A DNA stretch of 52,719 nucleotides from Candidatus Rifleibacteriota bacterium (GTDB lineage Bacteria; Muiribacteriota; Ozemobacteria; Ozemobacterales; Ozemobacteraceae): contig JBMOKV010000522.1 in NCBI GenBank assembly GCA_049325495.1, forward strand, positions 1-52,719. Reading direction: 5' to 3'. Position 1 is the first letter of the stretch; each line of letters starts with the position of its first letter. The notes beneath the pieces were generated by a model, which was given only the letters and a program-made list of their open reading frames with translations, had not been told where the DNA came from and ran no database searches. The translations under genes were made by a program, and so were the position numbers. Positions 16,987-26,873 of the stretch are shown in pieces.

Positions 16987-18147
16987 TTATTTTGCCTGTA
17001 GCACAAATTTCAACGGCAGCAGGATTCTCTTTTTCCAGGATCCCTCTGAGTGAGTGCCACCGGGAAATTCTTTATAAACCAGTCCTTTGAAACCAGGGGC
17101 TTTTTCTCTCAGCGTTGAGTTAAGCTTTCTACTGAATTCGATAGCTTCCTCGCCCTCGCGGGTGCCCATGTCAACCCAGATGCGACCCTTATACTTTTCA
17201 ATCTGATTTTTGAGAAGCCAGTCGATTATTCCGCCATTCGCCCACCAGATCGATGGTGATATCGCCATGATGCCAGAAAAGGTTTGAGGCCTTGAAATTC
17301 CGATGTATAGAGAAATCAGTCCGCCCAGCGAAGAGCCGCCGATAAAGGTGTTGTTTCTATCGGTCAGGGTTCTGAATTTTCGATCTATCTCTGGCTTTAG
17401 CTCTTCAACGATGAAACGGGCATAATTTTCCCCATCGCCACCCTTGTGTTTCGGGTCAGGGAAAGGCGTATATTCACTCATGCGGTCTGCCGTGTTGGCA
17501 ATGCCTACGATAATCGCTGCCGGCAGCAAACCATTTTCGATTCCTTCGCTCATTGCCTCATCAACGCCCCAGTCCACGCCTCCGAATGAGGTGCCCGGAT
17601 CGAACAGATTGCCACCGTCATGCATATAAATTACCGGGTATCGCAATGATCTTGACGAATCATAGCTTCTGGGAAGCCAGACGATGATATCTCTGGCCGG
17701 CTTCAGAAACTTTGATTTGAACTGGCGGATAATTTTATAATTTCCAGTGATCTGCGGCTGATGTTCAGGTGATTGAATCTGATCTGCCCAAGCTTCAACC
17801 TGGCACTTTTCCTCGATTCGATCGCCAGAAACTCTGATTTTTCGATTGGGTTTTTCATGACCCTGGGAAGTTTTTTCAACACTGGCAAAACTGCCGCGGG
17901 TGAACTTGAATTCAAGGTCGAGGCCGGGGTTGAAATCGCCATTGAAGCTGAAAAGATTGGGGCCTATTTCCCGCAATCTGATACCTGAGCCGTTCCAGTC
18001 GGAAAGCTGTGGCTGATTGCCGGTAATGCAAACCGGTTCACCATCTGGTGTTGATGCGGGCACGGTTACAACCAGATTTACCTCGGTGGCGGATACGGCA
18101 AAAGAGAAAAAAATGGCGAGTACAAGCGCGTAGCGAAAATATTTCAT
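16987..18147 (-). CDS. Secreted CBM20-like domain + alpha/beta-hydrolase (putative esterase)
   Basis: Signal peptide; CBM20-like ITGNQPQLSDWN...EFKFTRGS; esterase motifs YPVIYMHDGGNLF, GGSSLGG nucleophile elbow, C-terminal HSE. Confidence 0.85.
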   Translation of the reverse strand: MKYFRYALVLAIFFSFAVSATEVNLVVTVPASTPDGEPVCITGNQPQLSDWNGSGIRLREIGPNLFSFNGDFNPGLDLEFKFTRGSFASVEKTSQGHEKPNRKIRVSGDRIEEKCQVEAWADQIQSPEHQPQITGNYKIIRQFKSKFLKPARDIIVWLPRSYDSSRSLRYPVIYMHDGGNLFDPGTSFGGVDWGVDEAMSEGIENGLLPAAIIVGIANTADRMSEYTPFPDPKHKGGDGENYARFIVEELKPEIDRKFRTLTDRNNTFIGGSSLGGLISLYIGISRPQTFSGIMAISPSIWWANGGIIDWLLKNQIEKYKGRIWVDMGTREGEEAIEFSRKLNSTLREKAPGFKGLVYKEFPGGTHSEGSWKKRILLPLKFVLQAK

Positions 18148-18333
18148 GGCACTTCTCCAGCGTTGATTGTCGTAATTATATATCTATTTTCTGGGCAAAG
18201 CCAACCTGATTGATAGATTTTGAACTTGCCGGCAAAGTTTCAGGCATGAAAAAAATAAGCTGGTTCAGCATCGTTTTACCGGTTATAATCTCAATAAAAA
18301 GACACCAACAGGATTTCTGCGAAAGGAAGTTTT

Positions 18334-19491
18334 ATGATTGACAGCGGTTTTGCCTATCTGGCTGCACTGCTTTTGACGGTTGCAGTAGTTGTGCAGCTGG
18401 ATAAAAAGTATGAAAAATTTTTCAGTTATGTTCCAGGAATCGTGGTCATCTATTTTCTGGTGATGGTTTTTGCCAATGTGGGTCTCTGGAAACAGTCTGA
18501 TGAAGTGAATCTTTATTACAAACATGTTAAGGCAAACATACTGCCGATAATGATTTTTCTCATGCTGCTGCGCTGTGATCTGAAAAAAATATTTAAACTC
18601 GGCCCGCGCATGCTGCTCGGTTTTTTTTCCGCTTCCCTAACCATCTGTATCGGTTTTGTCGTCACTTATGCCATGTTTAAGTCGTGGTACGAGCCCCATA
18701 CCTGGAAAACCTTTGCTGCTCTTTGCGGCTCATGGATGGGTGGCACCGGCAACATGGTCGCGATTCAGGCGGCTCTTGGAGTTTCAGATTCTCAGATGGG
18801 TTATACCCTGATGATGGATTCCATCAACTATTCGGTCTGGGTAATGATTCTGCTCACCATTGTTCCCTATGCGCATCGGTTCAACCATTGGGTTGGCGCC
18901 GATACCAGCGCTATCGATGAGGTTGGTCAACAATTGTCTGGTGAAGAAAAACCGCCAGAAGAGCCGATGAACTTCGGTCACCTGTCTCTGCTGGTTGGAA
19001 GCAGCTTTTTTGTCGCGGCGGTTTCGCGATATTTTGCCGGCTTTTTTCCGGTCTCTGCTTTTCTCAGCCTGGAAACCTGGACAATTCTAATCGTTACTGC
19101 TGCCGGAGTGATTGCAGCTATGACCCGTCTTGGCCAGGTTTCCGGTATTTCCCAGCTTTCAAGCCTGAGTCTTTATACTATAGTTGCTCTGGTAGGCTCA
19201 AGAGCAAATTTTTCAGAGCTGTCACAAGCGCCTTTTTACATTTTTTCGGGTTTTGTAATTCTGGCAATTCATGTTTTACTGCTGGCTCTTATTGCCCGGT
19301 TGTTCAAACTCGACCTTTTTACCTGCGGTGTTGCAAGTCTGGCAAATATTGGCGGAGTAGCATCGGCACCGATTCTTGCTGCGGCCTACAGCGAAGCTCT
19401 GGTTCCGGTGGGAATTTTGATGGGCATGCTTGGGTATGTTATCGGAACCGGGGGCGGTTTACTGGTCGGCAAGATTCTGTCGGCGATTTAA
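18334..19491 (+). CDS. DUF819 family multi-pass membrane protein (putative transporter)
   Basis: About 10 TM; GSWMGGTGNM and ASLANIGG...SAP motifs typical of DUF819. Confidence 0.85.
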   Translation: MIDSGFAYLAALLLTVAVVVQLDKKYEKFFSYVPGIVVIYFLVMVFANVGLWKQSDEVNLYYKHVKANILPIMIFLMLLRCDLKKIFKLGPRMLLGFFSASLTICIGFVVTYAMFKSWYEPHTWKTFAALCGSWMGGTGNMVAIQAALGVSDSQMGYTLMMDSINYSVWVMILLTIVPYAHRFNHWVGADTSAIDEVGQQLSGEEKPPEEPMNFGHLSLLVGSSFFVAAVSRYFAGFFPVSAFLSLETWTILIVTAAGVIAAMTRLGQVSGISQLSSLSLYTIVALVGSRANFSELSQAPFYIFSGFVILAIHVLLLALIARLFKLDLFTCGVASLANIGGVASAPILAAAYSEALVPVGILMGMLGYVIGTGGGLLVGKILSAI

Positions 19492-19503
19492 CGGGAGAAT
19501 TAG

Positions 19504-20901
19504 ATGAATAAAATAATTAAAGTAATTGTTTTAAAAATTTGTTTTGTAATTGTTGCTTTCCATTCCGTTTTGGCAGGTGAGGCTTCTGTTATGCAATACG
19601 ACCTGAATATTCCCGGTGTGACTCTTGAAATGCTCAATGCCGATTTCTGGGTAAATCTCAATGATAACCACGATGACCTGATAATGGATGAAGAAGAAAT
19701 TCAGCGTTTCAATCGAAATAATCTGCGCCAATGCAAGGTATTGAAAGATCTGCGAAATTACAAAAAAATCCTTTCGGGCGATGAGGTGCGCAGTTTGATC
19801 GCCAAAGTCAGCTCAAGACCCGAAAGCAAGCGCTATCTGAATGGGCAGCTCCTGGGTTCTGAATACTTTGCCACCCTCGAAGAGAATTTGAACACTTTTG
19901 CCGTTCCTGAAATCGTTACCGCCCGATACGGCATAACCGTAAAAAGAACAGAAATGCGAGCCTTTCCGACTTTTGACCGGGTTTTTTCTGAGCCCGATGA
20001 CATTGAGACCGACCGTTTCATCGAAACGGCACTTTATCCTGTTGAACCTCTGGTAATTCTGCACCAGAGCCTTGATCAGAAATGGTTTCTGGCTCAGGCC
20101 TACAACTATCTGGCATGGGTTCCCGTCGAAGCGGTGGCTTTGACCAGTCGCAAAGAGCTTTTCGATTATGTCGATGCCAAACCATTTCTTGTTGTAACCG
20201 GCAAAGGTGTTCTGACCGCTTTTAACCCGGTTAATCCTGACATATCAGAACTACAGCTCGACATGGGAGTACGTGTTCCTCTGGCAAAACGCGAAGAGAT
20301 TCCTCTTGATATCGATGGTCAGCACCCGGCAGGAAACTATGTGGTGAAACTTCCGGTTCGCGACGGCAAAGGAAAATTGCAGTTCAAGCTTGGTCTTATC
20401 GCAATGGCCGATGATGTTAGAGCCGGTTACCTTCCCCTGACCAGACGAAATATTATCAAACAGGCTTTTAAATTTCTCGGCCAGCGCTACGGCTGGGGCG
20501 GGATGTTCAACACCCGTGACTGCAGTGCCTTTATCATGGATAATTTTCGCAGCATGGGTGTTCTTCTACCGCGAAACGCCGGAGAACAGGGAAAGATGTC
20601 GTTCGGTGTCACCCACGAATTTACCAGGGATATGACGGTTGAGCAACGATCTGCTGTTTTCGACCGGCTTTCTGCGACCCCGATTTATATGAATGGCCAT
20701 GCAATGCTGTTTCTCGGAAAATTTGAAGATGATTATTACATTATTCACGATTTCGCAGGCTTTCGTGCCCCTGACGAAAGCGGAAAAATGAAATCCTCCA
20801 AAACCCGATGCGTCTTTGTCACCCCCTTGCTGAAAACCTTTCTTTCAAGCGGCAAAAAATATATCGAAGGGCTTTATGCAGCCCGTGAATTCAATTTTTG
20901 A
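19504..20901 (+). CDS. SH3 + NlpC/P60 gamma-D-Glu-diamino acid endopeptidase (YkfC-like)
   Basis: Signal peptide; SH3-like region; YGWGG...RDCSAF (Cys), GHAML (His), IIHD. Confidence 0.88.
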   Translation: MNKIIKVIVLKICFVIVAFHSVLAGEASVMQYDLNIPGVTLEMLNADFWVNLNDNHDDLIMDEEEIQRFNRNNLRQCKVLKDLRNYKKILSGDEVRSLIAKVSSRPESKRYLNGQLLGSEYFATLEENLNTFAVPEIVTARYGITVKRTEMRAFPTFDRVFSEPDDIETDRFIETALYPVEPLVILHQSLDQKWFLAQAYNYLAWVPVEAVALTSRKELFDYVDAKPFLVVTGKGVLTAFNPVNPDISELQLDMGVRVPLAKREEIPLDIDGQHPAGNYVVKLPVRDGKGKLQFKLGLIAMADDVRAGYLPLTRRNIIKQAFKFLGQRYGWGGMFNTRDCSAFIMDNFRSMGVLLPRNAGEQGKMSFGVTHEFTRDMTVEQRSAVFDRLSATPIYMNGHAMLFLGKFEDDYYIIHDFAGFRAPDESGKMKSSKTRCVFVTPLLKTFLSSGKKYIEGLYAAREFNF

Positions 20902-20919
20902 GAAATTACGGAGCACAGA

Positions 20920-22008
20920 ATGAAAATTACCAATATTAAAACCGGTGTGATTTCGATACCTTTGATAACCCCTTTTAAAACTGCGTTAAGAACAATTAAC
21001 AGCATAGGTTCGATGGTGATAGCCATAGAAACCGACGATGGAGCTGTTGGTTTTGGCGAAGCTCACCCGACCGGCCCGATTACCGGCGAATCAATGGGAA
21101 GCGTGCGCGGCGCAATACATGAATTCATTGTTCCCAAACTTAAAGGAAAAGATATTGCCAATCTTGAAGACACACTCAACAGCCTCGACCATGCTCTGGT
21201 AAAGAATACAAGTGCCAAAGCCGCGGTTGAAATGGCAGTGTTCGACCTGTTTGGAAAACTTTATCGCATTCCTCTTTATCGAATGCTCGGCGGCTACCGT
21301 CAGCAAATTGAAAGCGACCTTACAATAAGTGTTAATAGCCCTGAAGAGATGGCTGCTGACACCCAATTGGCCATTAATCGAGGTTTTCGCATTCTGAAAG
21401 TCAAAGTCGGTCTCGACCCGGAACTTGATATTCGCAGAATCAGAGCGGTTCGCGAAGCAGCCGGGCCCCAGGCGGTGATCAGAGTCGATGCAAATCAGGG
21501 CTGGTCGGTCAGAGATGCCGTGCGAATCATGAAAACACTCGAACAGGCACAGCTCAATATTGAGCTGGTCGAACAGCCCGTAATTGCCCACGATTTCGCG
21601 GGTCTCAAAGAGGTGAAAGATCGCATCGATACGCCGGTTCTTGCCGATGAAGCAGTTTTTTCGCCGGTCGATGCCCAGACCATAATCGATATGAGAGCCG
21701 CTGATTTTATCAATATCAAACTGATGAAAACCGGTGGTTTGAGGGCGGCTTTGAGAATCTGCGCCCTGGCCGAAATGCACGGCGTCGAATGCTTTATGGG
21801 ATGCATGATGGAAAGCAAGCTAAGTGTTACTGCTGCTGCCCATCTTGCCTGTGCCCGTTCGATCATTACCCGATGCGACCTTGACAGCCCCGCCCTTTGC
21901 AAAACTGATCCGATTCAGGGTGGTGTCGAAATCGACGGCCCTTGGCTGAAAGTAACCGAAGCCCCGGGTCTGGGAATTGAATCGATAGACGGTGTAATCT
22001 GGGACTGA
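20920..22008 (+). CDS. ykfB: L-Ala-D/L-Glu epimerase (enolase superfamily)
   Basis: PFKTALR, KVKVG, DANQGW, EQP, DE, NIKLMKTGG, GCMMES, DLD motifs; next to NlpC/P60. Confidence 0.9.
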   Translation: MKITNIKTGVISIPLITPFKTALRTINSIGSMVIAIETDDGAVGFGEAHPTGPITGESMGSVRGAIHEFIVPKLKGKDIANLEDTLNSLDHALVKNTSAKAAVEMAVFDLFGKLYRIPLYRMLGGYRQQIESDLTISVNSPEEMAADTQLAINRGFRILKVKVGLDPELDIRRIRAVREAAGPQAVIRVDANQGWSVRDAVRIMKTLEQAQLNIELVEQPVIAHDFAGLKEVKDRIDTPVLADEAVFSPVDAQTIIDMRAADFINIKLMKTGGLRAALRICALAEMHGVECFMGCMMESKLSVTAAAHLACARSIITRCDLDSPALCKTDPIQGGVEIDGPWLKVTEAPGLGIESIDGVIWD

Positions 22009-22142
22009 AAAAAAATATAAAAATTGTTACTTTTGATTTGATCGTTACGTATTAGTCCTCACAATGCAAAAATCACTTTCATTGTACAGAGTTTTTGTCT
22101 ATAATTATCCATAAGTAGTATAAGGAGTATAAGAGGTTTGCT

Positions 22143-23147
22143 ATGAAGAGACTGAATTATGTATTAAGTATTGCTCTGTTGCTCGTTCTGGCCGCTTTTT
22201 CAGCACCGGCTTTCGCTGACATCGATCAGCCTGATTATCAAAAAACCCATTATCCTGATTTTGCCGTTTCCGGTAAAACCTACGATAAGACCCAGACCGA
22301 AGAATTCACCATGGATTGCGCCGTTAATAACATCATCATTTCAGTTGATGCCGATGTCGCAAAAAATGCCATGTTCAGAGGCTATGTTCGATTTCAGTAT
22401 GCCCAGAGCGGCAAATGGACGAACTATCTTGCTTTCGACGGTGAATACCATTTTTCTTCAGTTAACACCGTATCAGCTTACCAGATGATGTTTGTGGTTA
22501 CCGACCCCGAAAAAGGCGATACCAGACTCAATGCCGTTACCGTTAATGGCAATTACATTGCCGAAGAAGCCATGGAATATTTTATTCAGAAGCCACTTCC
22601 TTTCTCTCCTCAAAAGGTAGTTGCAAAGCCCGCTACTGTCAGTCGCGCAGCCTGGGGCGCAAGACCACCGAAAAATTCTTACACTCAACATCAGGTTCAG
22701 CGCCTGATCGTTCACCACAGCTGGATTCCCAATCAGTCTCAGTATAAAGGTGCAACCAGCATTCGCGGCATTCAGAGCTACCACATGGATGACCCCAAGA
22801 CCAAATGGTCCGATATTGGCTACCATTTCCTGATCGGGCCTGAAGGAACAATCTATGAAGGTCGCCCCGAAACCGTCGTTGGTGCCCATTGTTCGCCCAA
22901 TACCAACTCAGTTGGCATCTGCCTGATCGGCGATTATGACCCGGGTAAAGATCCGATCCCTCCGGTCATGGAACAGTCGCTTCTCAAGATTCTCAACTGG
23001 CTTGCTTCCAAATACAATGTTGACCCGCGGGTTAACCTTTACGGGCATTGCGATTTTTCAACCAAATCATGCCCCGGCAAAAACGTTTATGATCGGTTGC
23101 CCCAGTATAAAGAAGCCATTTTGAAAGAAATCGGCGAAAACAAATAA
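22143..23147 (+). CDS. Secreted N-acetylmuramoyl-L-alanine amidase (Amidase_2/PGRP-like) with an extra N-terminal domain
   Basis: Signal peptide; SRAAWGA, IVHHS, WSDIGYHFLIG...EGR, GAH, GHCD...SCPG zinc-amidase motifs. Confidence 0.9.
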   Translation: MKRLNYVLSIALLLVLAAFSAPAFADIDQPDYQKTHYPDFAVSGKTYDKTQTEEFTMDCAVNNIIISVDADVAKNAMFRGYVRFQYAQSGKWTNYLAFDGEYHFSSVNTVSAYQMMFVVTDPEKGDTRLNAVTVNGNYIAEEAMEYFIQKPLPFSPQKVVAKPATVSRAAWGARPPKNSYTQHQVQRLIVHHSWIPNQSQYKGATSIRGIQSYHMDDPKTKWSDIGYHFLIGPEGTIYEGRPETVVGAHCSPNTNSVGICLIGDYDPGKDPIPPVMEQSLLKILNWLASKYNVDPRVNLYGHCDFSTKSCPGKNVYDRLPQYKEAILKEIGENK

Positions 23148-23158
23148 TTGTTTGAAAG

Positions 23159-23190
23159 AAAAACCCCCTCGGATGAGGGGGCTTTTTTTT
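23159..23190. terminator. Bidirectional terminator between the amidase and pilT
   Basis: A-run, ccccctc-ggat-gaggggg stem-loop, T8. Confidence 0.8.
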
Positions 23191-23264
23191 ATGCCTGAAA
23201 ACTTGAAAAAGGCCTGCAAAACTATTGAAAAAAGTGGCCGGTTTTTAATGTGAGATAGATCTTA

Positions 23265-24719
23265 TCAATAATCTCTGGGTTTGTACTGTTCGAAAGCCTT
23301 TTTGTCAAAGGCGCGGCGATAGGCTTCCTGTGGTGAAATCTTGCGCTGCTTTACCAGATCCATCAGTGATTGATCCATGGTCTGCATTCCCATCTGCTTG
23401 CTGGTCTGCATGATGGAAGGAAGCTGGAAGGTCTTGTTCTCGCGAATCAGGTTCGAAACTGCTGGAGTATTGATGAGAATCTCCAGGCAACACGCGCGGC
23501 TCATACCATCAATGGTTGGAATAAGTTGTTGGGCAACTATTCCCTGTAATGCGTCGGCAAGCTGGGTTCTGATCTGATCCTGCTGATGTGCGGGAAAAAC
23601 GTCGACGATACGATCGACTGACTGCGCTGCAGACGGAGTATGCAGGGTGGCAAACACAAGATGGCCGGTTTCTGCTGCGGTTACTGCCAGTGAAATCGTT
23701 TCGTAGTCGCGCATTTCGCCGACCAATATGATGTCGGGGTCTTCGCGCAATGCCGATCTAAGCGCATTAGAAAACGATCTGGTATTTGGCCCGATTTCAC
23801 GCTGATTTACCAGGCAGGTTCGGTGGCGATGCACAAATTCTATCGGGTCTTCGATGGTCAGAATGTGATCCTGGCGCTCGCTGTTGATCTGGTCTACCAT
23901 TGCCGCCAAGGTGGTTGATTTGCCTGAGCCGGTGGGGCCGGTTACCAGTATCAGCCCTTTGTTGCGTCTTGCAAGGTCGCCAAGAACTGCCGGTAGTTTC
24001 AATTCGCCAAGAGATTTAATATTGGTCGGAATTACGCGAAAAACTGCGCCTAACCCCATTCTGGTGAAGAATACGTTGCAGCGGTAGCGGGCTACGCCTT
24101 CGAGTTCGTACGAAATGTCGAGTTCAAGATCGCGTTCCAGACGTTCGCGATGTTCGTTACTCAAAAACTGGAAAATCAGTCGTCTGGTTTCTTTGGCAGT
24201 CAGAATGGCAAGTTCGGTGGGCCAGAGCTTGCCCTGCAGGCGCAGCATTGGCGGAGCCCCTACGGTGAGATGAAGGTCAGATCCGCTTTTTTCAACAATC
24301 AGCTTCAGCAGATCATCGATGCTGTATTCCCCTTCTTCTTCATTATTGGCTCCTGCTCTCGCCTGACCAGAACTGGTTCGGGATGCCGAAGACGGAATGC
24401 CGGTCGGGCGCGGAGCTGCAGCTGGCGGTTGTGATGTGGCAGTCGGCGCACCGGTTGGGGCAGCAGGCCTTGGTTGGGGTGCTCCGGAAGGAACGCCGGT
24501 CGGGGCTACAGGTCTGGGTGCTGCAGGCTGAGATGGAGGGGTTGGCGCTGAAGGAGCAGCGGGCCTTGGAGGCGCACCGGCATTGCCGGCCGGTGGCCCT
24601 GCTGGCCTTGGAGCCTGGGGCTGTGCTGGAGCCGGTGTCGGACTTCGCGGCTTTTCGCCTTTGTCAGAACCATCGTCGGAATTGCCGCCAAAAAGTTTGC
24701 CGAAAAAATTATCATTCAT
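23265..24719 (-). CDS. pilT: Type IV pilus retraction ATPase with a Pro/Ala-rich N-terminal extension
   Basis: SDLHL, GPTGSGKSTT, TIEDPIE, LREDPDIILVGEMRD, TLHT, NLIRE, GMQTM. Confidence 0.93.
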   Translation of the reverse strand: MNDNFFGKLFGGNSDDGSDKGEKPRSPTPAPAQPQAPRPAGPPAGNAGAPPRPAAPSAPTPPSQPAAPRPVAPTGVPSGAPQPRPAAPTGAPTATSQPPAAAPRPTGIPSSASRTSSGQARAGANNEEEGEYSIDDLLKLIVEKSGSDLHLTVGAPPMLRLQGKLWPTELAILTAKETRRLIFQFLSNEHRERLERDLELDISYELEGVARYRCNVFFTRMGLGAVFRVIPTNIKSLGELKLPAVLGDLARRNKGLILVTGPTGSGKSTTLAAMVDQINSERQDHILTIEDPIEFVHRHRTCLVNQREIGPNTRSFSNALRSALREDPDIILVGEMRDYETISLAVTAAETGHLVFATLHTPSAAQSVDRIVDVFPAHQQDQIRTQLADALQGIVAQQLIPTIDGMSRACCLEILINTPAVSNLIRENKTFQLPSIMQTSKQMGMQTMDQSLMDLVKQRKISPQEAYRRAFDKKAFEQYKPRDY

Positions 24720-24722
24720 AGA

Positions 24723-26393
24723 TCAGAAGAGCCTCATAAATTCTTCGAGACTGGTTTCGCCGGCCAGCAGAAGGGCGAGGGCCTGTTCTTCCAGGCTTTT
24801 GATTCCCTGTTTGCGGGCAAAATTGTTGAAATCCTGGTAGTTTTGCCGGTTTATGATCATCTGGCGCAAAGTCGGGCTGTCGGGAATAAATTCGATTATC
24901 AGAGATCGGCCTGAATAGCCGGTCTGATTGCAACCTTCACAGCCTTTTGCCTGGTAAACTGTTTTGGTTAAATCTTCAGGAGCCAGGCGCGGCTTAAGTT
25001 CTTCCGGGGTTGCCACAGCTTCGCGACAATTGGTACAGATTTTTCGAACCAGGCGCTGGCAGACGAATCCACAAAGGGATGATGCAATAACCACCGGGTC
25101 TACTTCGGTATGGATCAGTTTTACAATCGCACTTGCCGCATCATGGGCAAGATATGATGCAAGAAGTGTTTTGCCTCCGAGACCCGCAAAACCTATTTCT
25201 TCTGCCAGCTCCGCTTTTTCGATGTGGTCAATGTAAATAACATCGGCATCCAGTAATAATGCCAGTTTTAGACCTGAAATGTGGTCAGCTACGCTTCCGG
25301 AGCCTACCTGAATTTGTGTTGTTCGTGGCAAAGTTGCAACTACCGGCTGTTCAACTGTGACAATTTTTTTATCATCGGCATTGTAACTGCTTAACAGGCA
25401 GTACTGGGTGGTGGTTCGCCCCGATTCGCGCGGCCCGGTAACGTAAAGAACTCCATGGGTTGAGTGCAGGGTTCTTCCAACCAGCTCCAGTTCGGTGCGA
25501 CCACTGCGGCCAAGCTGGTCGGTGATGCTGCCAAAATCGCTGAGCTTGAGAATAACCATTTCCCCATTGATGGTCGGGTAAAAAATCGACTGAACGTTGA
25601 CCTGGCGGCTGGAAACCGTGACTCGAAAATGCCCGACCTGAACGATTTCTCTTATGGTTTCGGTGTTGTCTGGAAGCTGCGAAAGTTTTTTCAGGCGTGA
25701 AATCACTTCGTGGTGAACTTTCATCGGCACTTCGATTTTCCGTGAAAGAACGTCGTTTGAGCGAAATCTTATGATGACGCCCTTTTCCGATGGTTCAAAA
25801 TGAATCCGGGTGACTCGGTTGATAATCGCCTGCCCGAGAATGTAATTGATGACTTTTTCAGGGCCTTCCATGCCTTTGGGAATGCCCCGTTCGATCGTCT
25901 GTTTTTCTGAGGTGTCAAGCTTTTCATAGGCCTGGGTTGCGACCTTTTCACTGACTTCAACCGGCCCATAGATTGCTGAATAGGTTTGTTCAAAGTCAAA
26001 AAGGGTGCAGATCGAAACAGAAATGCTGACGCCGTATTTTCCTTCAAGAAATTCAATCGGTCGCGAGTCGAGCGGGTCGACCATACAGACGCTGAGCTGA
26101 TTTCCTGCTTTGTAAAGCGGTATAAGGCGGTGGTCGAGGGCGAATTCTGGAGTCACCATCTGCATGACTTCGTTATCAACTATTCCTGGGTTAAGATGAA
26201 TGAAAGATATATTGAGCTGGTTTCCCAGTGCCCAGATAATATCATCCTCGGTTACCAGACCCAGTTCAGATAAGGCTTCGCCGAGTTTCAGGCCCTTGTC
26301 ACGCTGAAAGGTCAGCGCCTGTTTCAGCTGCTCTTCTGAAATCAGGTTACAGTCAATTAGAATATCGCCCAGACGTTTTTTTTGTGTATTCAT
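24723..26393 (-). CDS. MshEN-domain GspE/PilB-like protein with degenerate ATPase motifs
   Basis: N-terminal RLGDILID...LKQALTFQ / KLGEAL...ALGNQ; GPRESGRTTT, VEQPV, DADVIYIDH; QRLVRKICTNC...CEGCNQTGYSGR retained. Confidence 0.85.
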   Translation of the reverse strand: MNTQKKRLGDILIDCNLISEEQLKQALTFQRDKGLKLGEALSELGLVTEDDIIWALGNQLNISFIHLNPGIVDNEVMQMVTPEFALDHRLIPLYKAGNQLSVCMVDPLDSRPIEFLEGKYGVSISVSICTLFDFEQTYSAIYGPVEVSEKVATQAYEKLDTSEKQTIERGIPKGMEGPEKVINYILGQAIINRVTRIHFEPSEKGVIIRFRSNDVLSRKIEVPMKVHHEVISRLKKLSQLPDNTETIREIVQVGHFRVTVSSRQVNVQSIFYPTINGEMVILKLSDFGSITDQLGRSGRTELELVGRTLHSTHGVLYVTGPRESGRTTTQYCLLSSYNADDKKIVTVEQPVVATLPRTTQIQVGSGSVADHISGLKLALLLDADVIYIDHIEKAELAEEIGFAGLGGKTLLASYLAHDAASAIVKLIHTEVDPVVIASSLCGFVCQRLVRKICTNCREAVATPEELKPRLAPEDLTKTVYQAKGCEGCNQTGYSGRSLIIEFIPDSPTLRQMIINRQNYQDFNNFARKQGIKSLEEQALALLLAGETSLEEFMRLF

Positions 26394-26450
26394 AATGGCA
26401 ATAATTTACCTGAAAATTCATCGGTAGAGCAAGTTTTTATTAAAACAGGC

Positions 26451-26481
26451 AAAAAAATAAGGCCGCCCATCAAGGACGGCC
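26451..26481 (-). terminator. Terminator of the HU gene
   Basis: Minus strand ggccgtcc-ttgat-gggcggcc followed by a U-rich tail. Confidence 0.7.
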
Positions 26482-26499
26482 CAATTTTTTTGATCGAAA

Positions 26500-26784
26500 T
26501 TATTTCTTTTTGTTGTTGATCATTTCGCGCAGTTCTTTGCCAGGCACGAATTTAGCAACTTTGCATGCGGGGATTTTGATGGGTTTTTTGGTCTGTGGAT
26601 TGATTCCAGTTCTGGCTTTGCGGTTAGAAACCTTGAATGAGCCAAAACCTACCAGACGGACGTCGTCAGCTTTTTTCAATGCTTTTTTGATGATGTTCAA
26701 AGTTGCATCGAGAGCCTGAGCAGCCTGGGTCTGGGTCATGTTGGTGGTTTTTGCGATTTCGCGCACGAGTTCGATCTTTTTCAC
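26500..26784 (-). CDS. hup: DNA-binding protein HU
   Basis: GTG start with AGGAGG RBS; KIELVREIA...VRLVGFGSF...RKARTGINPQT...KFVPGKELRE. Confidence 0.95.
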   Translation of the reverse strand: MKKIELVREIAKTTNMTQTQAAQALDATLNIIKKALKKADDVRLVGFGSFKVSNRKARTGINPQTKKPIKIPACKVAKFVPGKELREMINNKKK

Positions 26785-26873
26785 TATGAGGATCCTCCTG
26801 AAACGTAGTAGAGAACGAAGATAAAACAATCGTACCAGCAGCTTTTCGCTTTGTCAATAGGGTCAAGAAAAAA

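Noticed and set aside
21091-21780. Long antisense ORFs (229 aa here; also 47672-48355, 49205-49933, 50330-50974)
   Set aside because: Shadow frames opposite confidently identified genes, with no recognisable motifs.
24380-24650. GC-rich quasi-repeats as a possible CRISPR or DNA repeat array
   Set aside because: Imperfect codon-level repeats encoding the Pro/Ala linker of PilT; no constant repeat-spacer period. No CRISPR array or cas gene was seen anywhere in the window.
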